From a candidate division Hyd24-12 bacterium UBA5074 (GTDB lineage: Bacteria; Fermentibacterota; Fermentibacteria; Fermentibacterales; Fermentibacteraceae), in assembly GCA_002414865.1 (NCBI GenBank), contig DIAQ01000098.1, forward strand, positions 1,039 to 65,038: DNA of 64,000 bases, read 5' to 3'. Both the position numbers and the translations under genes were made by a program. Positions within the stretch are counted from its first letter, which is position 1; each line of letters begins with the position of its first letter. The notes beneath the pieces are model-generated. The model saw only the letters and a list, made by a program, of their open reading frames with translations, was not told where the DNA came from and searched no databases. Shown here one piece after another: positions 59,754 through 64,000 of the stretch.

Positions 59754-61537
59754 TCCAGCACCGCCCTTATCCTGCGGATTCCCGAGGACGAGCTCTTCTC
59801 GGACTGTATCCTGAATCTGCCCAGCATTCCGGTGCGCTCCACGTGCGGCCCTCCGCAGATCTCGACCGAGAAGTCCCCGATCGAGTAGACCTTGACCCTC
59901 TCGCCGTACCTGTCCGTGAAGAGCCCTATCGCACCGCGCGCAGAGGCCTCGTCGACCGACATCTCCTCGCAGCCCACGGGGAGGTCGCGCGTGATGGCCT
60001 CGTTCACCAGCCTCTCGACCTCAGCGACCTGCTCGTCGGTCATCCCTCCGGGATGGCTGAAGTCGAACCTCAGCCTCTCGGCAGTGATGTTGCTCCCCCG
60101 CTGCTCCACGTGATCTCCCAGGACCGTCCGGAGCGCCTTGTGAAGCAGGTGCGTGGCCGTATGGAGCCTCGTCACCATGTCGCTGTGATCGGCCAGGCCG
60201 CCGCCGAACTTCCTGTCCATGCCCGCACGGGACAGCTCCCGGTGTTTCTCGAAGGCCGCCTGGTATCCCGCCGTATCCACAGTCATGCCGTTCTCAGCCG
60301 CCAGCTCGGCCGTGAACTCGACAGGGAACCCGAAGGTGTCGTACAGAGTGAAGGCCACGCGCCCGGGGATGATCCTGGCCGGGTTCTTCATCAGGTTGGG
60401 GAGCAGGCGCTCGAATTCCCTGATGCCGCTCTGGAGAGTTTTCGCGAACTGGGCTTCCTCCCTGCGGATCTCCTCCAGGACGAAGGCGCGGTTGCGGGAG
60501 AGCTCCGGGTGCACTCCGCTCTCCGTGTCCATGACCACCCTGGCGGCATCCTCGAGGAACTGCCGCTCGATGCCCATCTTCCGGCCGTGTCTTATCGAGA
60601 GCCTCAGAAGGCGCCTCAGGATGTAACCCTGGTCTAGATTCGAGGGGGGCACGCCGGAGTCGTCGCCCAGGATATGGGCGGAGGTCCTCACGTGATCGGC
60701 CACGATGCGGAGGGATCTCAGGAACCCGGCGTCGGGCGCCGACGCCACGCCGGCCTCTTTCAGCAGGAAATCGAGCAGGGGTCTGTAGACAGGGATGTCG
60801 TAGACCGACGAAGCCCCGTTCATCATGGCCACGGTGCGCTCGACGCCCATGCCGGTGTCGACGCATCGCTGCTCGAGAGGGATGTATCTGCCTTCCCTCG
60901 TCCTGCAGTACTGAAGGAACACGTCGTTCCAGACCTCGAAGTATCTGCCGCAGCCGCATCCCGGCCTGCACTGCCCGCTGCAGGCGGGCCGGCCCGTGTC
61001 GATGAACATCTCGGTGTCCGGTCCGCAGGGGCCCGTCGCCCCGGCGGGCCCCCACCAGTTGTCTTCGCGGCCGAGGAAGTGGATCCTTTCCCTCGGGATG
61101 CCGAGCTCCTCCCAGGTGGCTGCGGCCTCCTCGTCGGGCGGCACTTCGTCGTCCCCGGCGAAGACCGTGACGCTCAACTTCGACTGGTCGAAGCCCAGCC
61201 ACGAGCGGTGGGTCAGGAACTCGTAGCTCCAGGTGATGGCCTCGCGCTTGAAATAGTCGCCGAGGGACCAGTTCCCGAGCATCTCGAAGAACGTCAGGTG
61301 CGAAGGGTCGCCCACGCACTCGATGTCGCCGGTCCGGATGCACTTCTGGAAGTCCACCAGGCGGCGCCCCGCAGGGTGCGTCTCCCCCATCAGGAAGGGC
61401 ACCAGCGGATGCATGCCCGCGGTTGTGAAAAGTACGGTCGAATCGTTCTCGGGGATCAGCGACGCGCCCCGGATGCGGGCATGGCCGCGCCTCTGGAAGA
61501 AATCGATGTACATCCCCCGCAGCTCGTCAGATGTCAT
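59750..61537 (-). CDS. alaS: Alanine--tRNA ligase, short form lacking the C-terminal C-Ala/DHHA1 region
   Basis: AlaRS class II catalytic core (FTTAGMHPLVP..., GNWSLGDYFK). Editing-domain Zn motifs (HTATHLLH, CGGPHV). Only 595 aa. Confidence 0.85.
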   Translation of the reverse strand: MTSDELRGMYIDFFQRRGHARIRGASLIPENDSTVLFTTAGMHPLVPFLMGETHPAGRRLVDFQKCIRTGDIECVGDPSHLTFFEMLGNWSLGDYFKREAITWSYEFLTHRSWLGFDQSKLSVTVFAGDDEVPPDEEAAATWEELGIPRERIHFLGREDNWWGPAGATGPCGPDTEMFIDTGRPACSGQCRPGCGCGRYFEVWNDVFLQYCRTREGRYIPLEQRCVDTGMGVERTVAMMNGASSVYDIPVYRPLLDFLLKEAGVASAPDAGFLRSLRIVADHVRTSAHILGDDSGVPPSNLDQGYILRRLLRLSIRHGRKMGIERQFLEDAARVVMDTESGVHPELSRNRAFVLEEIRREEAQFAKTLQSGIREFERLLPNLMKNPARIIPGRVAFTLYDTFGFPVEFTAELAAENGMTVDTAGYQAAFEKHRELSRAGMDRKFGGGLADHSDMVTRLHTATHLLHKALRTVLGDHVEQRGSNITAERLRFDFSHPGGMTDEQVAEVERLVNEAITRDLPVGCEEMSVDEASARGAIGLFTDRYGERVKVYSIGDFSVEICGGPHVERTGMLGRFRIQSEKSSSSGIRRIRAVLE

Positions 61538-61549
61538 GGCCCTCCGGGA

Positions 61550-62677
61550 CTAGAGCTGTCGCTCGTAGATCCTGTATGTCTTGTAAGGGTCGGCGGACAG
61601 CTCCTTCTCCAGGATCCGCCGCATGGGCAGGTTGTCTTCGAGTATCCACGAGAACTCTCCCCAGGCGCAGCCGGCCTTCAGCCCGTTCTCGATGAGGTGG
61701 GACATCAGGAGGGCGTCGAGCCCGCAGGAGCGCCATTTCTCGCGCACTCCGAGCAGCAGCACCCGGACCCCGTCGATCCTCACCTTGAACGGCGGCACCT
61801 TCAGGGCGAGAAAGGCCCTCAGAGCGCTGCCCCTGGCCTTCAGGAAGGCCTGGTTGGCGTCCGGCAGCCCCACCGCGAATGCCACCGGCTGTCCGTCGAC
61901 GTACGCGATCGGCCCCATCTCGGGCACCACGAGAAGGCCGAGGTCCTTCGCCATCTGCCTGAACTCGCCGTCGGTCATCGGGACGAAACCCCAGTTGCGC
62001 TTCCAGCACTCGTTGTAGATGTCCATCAGGACGAGGACGTCCTCGTAGAGGTCATGCCTGCGCAGGGGCCGGATGACAGCCCCCGTGCGCTCCAGCACGA
62101 TGCTGGAAACCCGCTTCATTCGTGTCCAATCGAGGTTCTTCGTGTCCAGGTAGTAGGCCAGGACGTCCTTGACCTTCTCGAAGCCGCATGCCTCCACGGC
62201 AGGCTGATACCAGGGAGGATTGTAGGTCATCATCAGCACGGGGCTCCTGTCGAAGCCCTTCACGAGAAGGCCTATCTCCTCGTTCGTGGAGAAGTTCATG
62301 GGGCCGCGCATGGCGGTCATCCCCCTGGACGACAGCCAGCTCCCGGCGGCATCGAAGAGGGCGGCGAAGACCCCGGGGTCGTTCACGGCCTCCAGGAAGC
62401 CCCAGAAGCCCGTAGTGTCCCCGGCGTACTCGTTGTGGGCGCGGTTCACTATGGCGGAGATCCTGCCCGCCACCCTGCCGCCATCGCCGCGAGCCAGGAA
62501 ATGGATAACTTCCGCGTGCTCGTGGAAGGGGTGCCCGGCCGAGGGATCGAGGAGCTGGCGCTGAACCGGTCTCAGGGGCGCGACCCAGAGAGGGTCATCC
62601 GAGTAGAGCCTGAAGGGCAGGGTGATGAATTCCGAGAGGGCCCTGCGGCCGCTCACCTGCTCGATGCAGATGCCCAT
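61550..62677 (-). CDS. GNAT/FemAB-like acyltransferase-fold protein of unknown function
   Basis: 375 aa from MGICIEQV. No exact family recognised. 6 nt downstream of the alpha-oxoamine synthase gene on the same strand. Confidence 0.5.
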   Translation of the reverse strand: MGICIEQVSGRRALSEFITLPFRLYSDDPLWVAPLRPVQRQLLDPSAGHPFHEHAEVIHFLARGDGGRVAGRISAIVNRAHNEYAGDTTGFWGFLEAVNDPGVFAALFDAAGSWLSSRGMTAMRGPMNFSTNEEIGLLVKGFDRSPVLMMTYNPPWYQPAVEACGFEKVKDVLAYYLDTKNLDWTRMKRVSSIVLERTGAVIRPLRRHDLYEDVLVLMDIYNECWKRNWGFVPMTDGEFRQMAKDLGLLVVPEMGPIAYVDGQPVAFAVGLPDANQAFLKARGSALRAFLALKVPPFKVRIDGVRVLLLGVREKWRSCGLDALLMSHLIENGLKAGCAWGEFSWILEDNLPMRRILEKELSADPYKTYRIYERQL

Positions 62678-62682
62678 GCGGG

Positions 62683-63870
62683 TCAGGGGATCAGGCCGAA
62701 CCTGCGGCCGACCTTCTCGAAGACTTCCAGCGCGCTGTCGATCATCTCGTCGGTGTGTGTGGCCATGTAGCTGGTCCTGAGCATGGCCCTGTCGGGAGGA
62801 ACCGCCGGACTGACCACTGGATTCGTGAAGACTCCGCCCTGGTCGAGGGCCTGCCAGACCCTGAAGGTGGTCAGCGTGTCGCCGATGATGATCGGAACTA
62901 TGGGCGCCTCCGAGTTGCCGACGTTGAACCCCATGGAGCGCAGCCCGCCCCGGGCTCTCTCGGCGGCCTTGTGCATCTGCACCATGAGCTCGGGCTGCCG
63001 CTGCAGTATCTCGAGGGCCGCCATGACCGTCGCCACGGCGGCGGGGGGGAGGCTGGCGGAGAAGATCTCGCTCCTGGCCTCGTGCTGCATGAAGTCGATG
63101 ACCTTGTCCGACCCCGCTGCGAAGCCACCGATGCAGGCGAAGGACTTGCTGAAGGTCCCCACGTGGAGGTCGACATCCCTCTCGCAATCGAAGTATTCGG
63201 GGGTGCCCCGCCCGTGGGCGCCCATGACACCCACCCCGTGGGCGTCGTCGACCATCAGCCTCGCGCCGTGCTTCCTGGCGAGCTTCGCGATCGTCGGCAG
63301 GTCGGCCAGGTCGCCCTCCATGCTGAAGACGCCGTCGGTGATGATGATGGCTGGATCCTGCTCGCGCTCGAGGAGGTGCTCCAGGTGCTCCATGTCGTTG
63401 TGGTGGTACTTGACCACGCGGGCGTAGCTGAGTCGCGTGCCGTCTATGATGGACGCGTGGACCGAGCGGTCGACCAGGATGAGGTCGTCCTTCTGGCACA
63501 GGGCCGAGATGGCGCCCAGGTTGGTCTGGTATCCGGTGCTGAAGGTGAGAACGCGCTCCCTCTGCAGGAACCCGGCCAGCTTCTCCTCCAGCTCGATGTG
63601 GAGGTCGAGCGTGCCGTTGAGGAACCGGCTGCCGGTGCAGCCCGTGCCGTAGCGCTTGATGGCTTCAGCGGATCTGGCCATCACCTCGGGGTTGTTCGTG
63701 AGCCCGAGGTAGTTGTTGGAGCCCAGCATGATGACCCGGTGGTTCTCGATCATCATGACCGGACCGACCTGTCCGCTCAGGGGCTTGAAGTAGGGGTAGA
63801 GCCCCATCTGCTTGACCTCGTCGGCCCTCGTGTAGTCGATGCACTTCTTGAAGATATCGGGGCGTCGCAT
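62683..63870 (-). CDS. Alpha-oxoamine synthase family PLP enzyme (serine palmitoyltransferase / 8-amino-7-oxononanoate synthase-like)
   Basis: PLP-lysine motif GTFSKSF. Class II aminotransferase fold. ATG at 63868-63870 (MRRPDIFKK) preferred over the track start. Confidence 0.85.
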   Translation of the reverse strand: MRRPDIFKKCIDYTRADEVKQMGLYPYFKPLSGQVGPVMMIENHRVIMLGSNNYLGLTNNPEVMARSAEAIKRYGTGCTGSRFLNGTLDLHIELEEKLAGFLQRERVLTFSTGYQTNLGAISALCQKDDLILVDRSVHASIIDGTRLSYARVVKYHHNDMEHLEHLLEREQDPAIIITDGVFSMEGDLADLPTIAKLARKHGARLMVDDAHGVGVMGAHGRGTPEYFDCERDVDLHVGTFSKSFACIGGFAAGSDKVIDFMQHEARSEIFSASLPPAAVATVMAALEILQRQPELMVQMHKAAERARGGLRSMGFNVGNSEAPIVPIIIGDTLTTFRVWQALDQGGVFTNPVVSPAVPPDRAMLRTSYMATHTDEMIDSALEVFEKVGRRFGLIP

Positions 63871-64000
63871 CTTGTCAGTTCTCCCGGCTTGCGATAACAT
63901 AGGCCGAGATTGTAAGCACCCCTTCGTCATAAGTCAACGGAGGTGCGACATTGGAGCGTGTTTTCGTGACAGGGGCCTCCGGCTTCCTCGGAAGCAGGCT

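Noticed and set aside
60674-62770. 698-aa plus-strand ORF
   Set aside because: Antisense to alaS and the GNAT-like gene.

Overview
High-GC (~65%) bacterial chromosomal segment, densely packed with about 55 protein-coding genes and no rRNA, tRNA, CRISPR array, transposase or integrase. Most genes are on the minus strand, in long co-directional runs where consecutive genes share 1-4 nt start/stop overlaps (GTGA, ATGA, TTGA). These often use GTG or TTG starts; the ORF track prints those as M.

Recognisable housekeeping content:
- A methionine-synthesis cluster: a homocysteine-binding/MTHFR fusion, a standalone MetH activation-domain protein and an MetH core lacking that domain.
- A glycolytic operon: PPi-dependent pfk, gap, pgk and tpiA, ending in a CPBP/CAAX protease.
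- hutU, ogt, purC, parE-parC, alaS (short form), ruvX, mltG, cysC, rluA, a class I-beta DAHP synthase, an M42 peptidase, a MATE exporter and an AKR/Fe-S reductase.

Accessory and envelope content:
- Two GT4 glycosyltransferases, a Wzx-like flippase, a GT39/ArnT-like membrane protein, an acyl-CoA ligase and a PEGA-FGE membrane protein.
- A B12-binding radical SAM enzyme, an O-antigen-ligase/TPR giant, two paralogous sulfatase-family lipoproteins, a lipoprotein serpin and a HydG-like radical SAM enzyme.
- Two T9SS C-terminal-domain cargo proteins and an alpha-oxoamine synthase with a GNAT-like partner.

Lineage is inferred, not proven: T9SS sorting domains and a Bacteroidetes-type short ParC suggest an anaerobic member of the FCB superphylum, probably a candidate lineage.

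Most notable observations:
1. A secreted thioredoxin-fold gene with an in-frame TGA exactly at the first Cys of the redox motif (U-G-S-C), consistent with a selenocysteine protein carrying a T9SS sorting domain.
2. A tandem array of three zinc-ribbon, tail-anchored proteins of unknown function fused by start/stop overlap to the GT4-metH operon.
3. An SPFH/band-7 protein fused to three tandem double-zinc-ribbon repeats (also visible as a ~75-bp DNA tandem repeat), with a helical partner gene.
4. Two sulfatase-family paralogs in which the formylglycine Cys is replaced by Thr.
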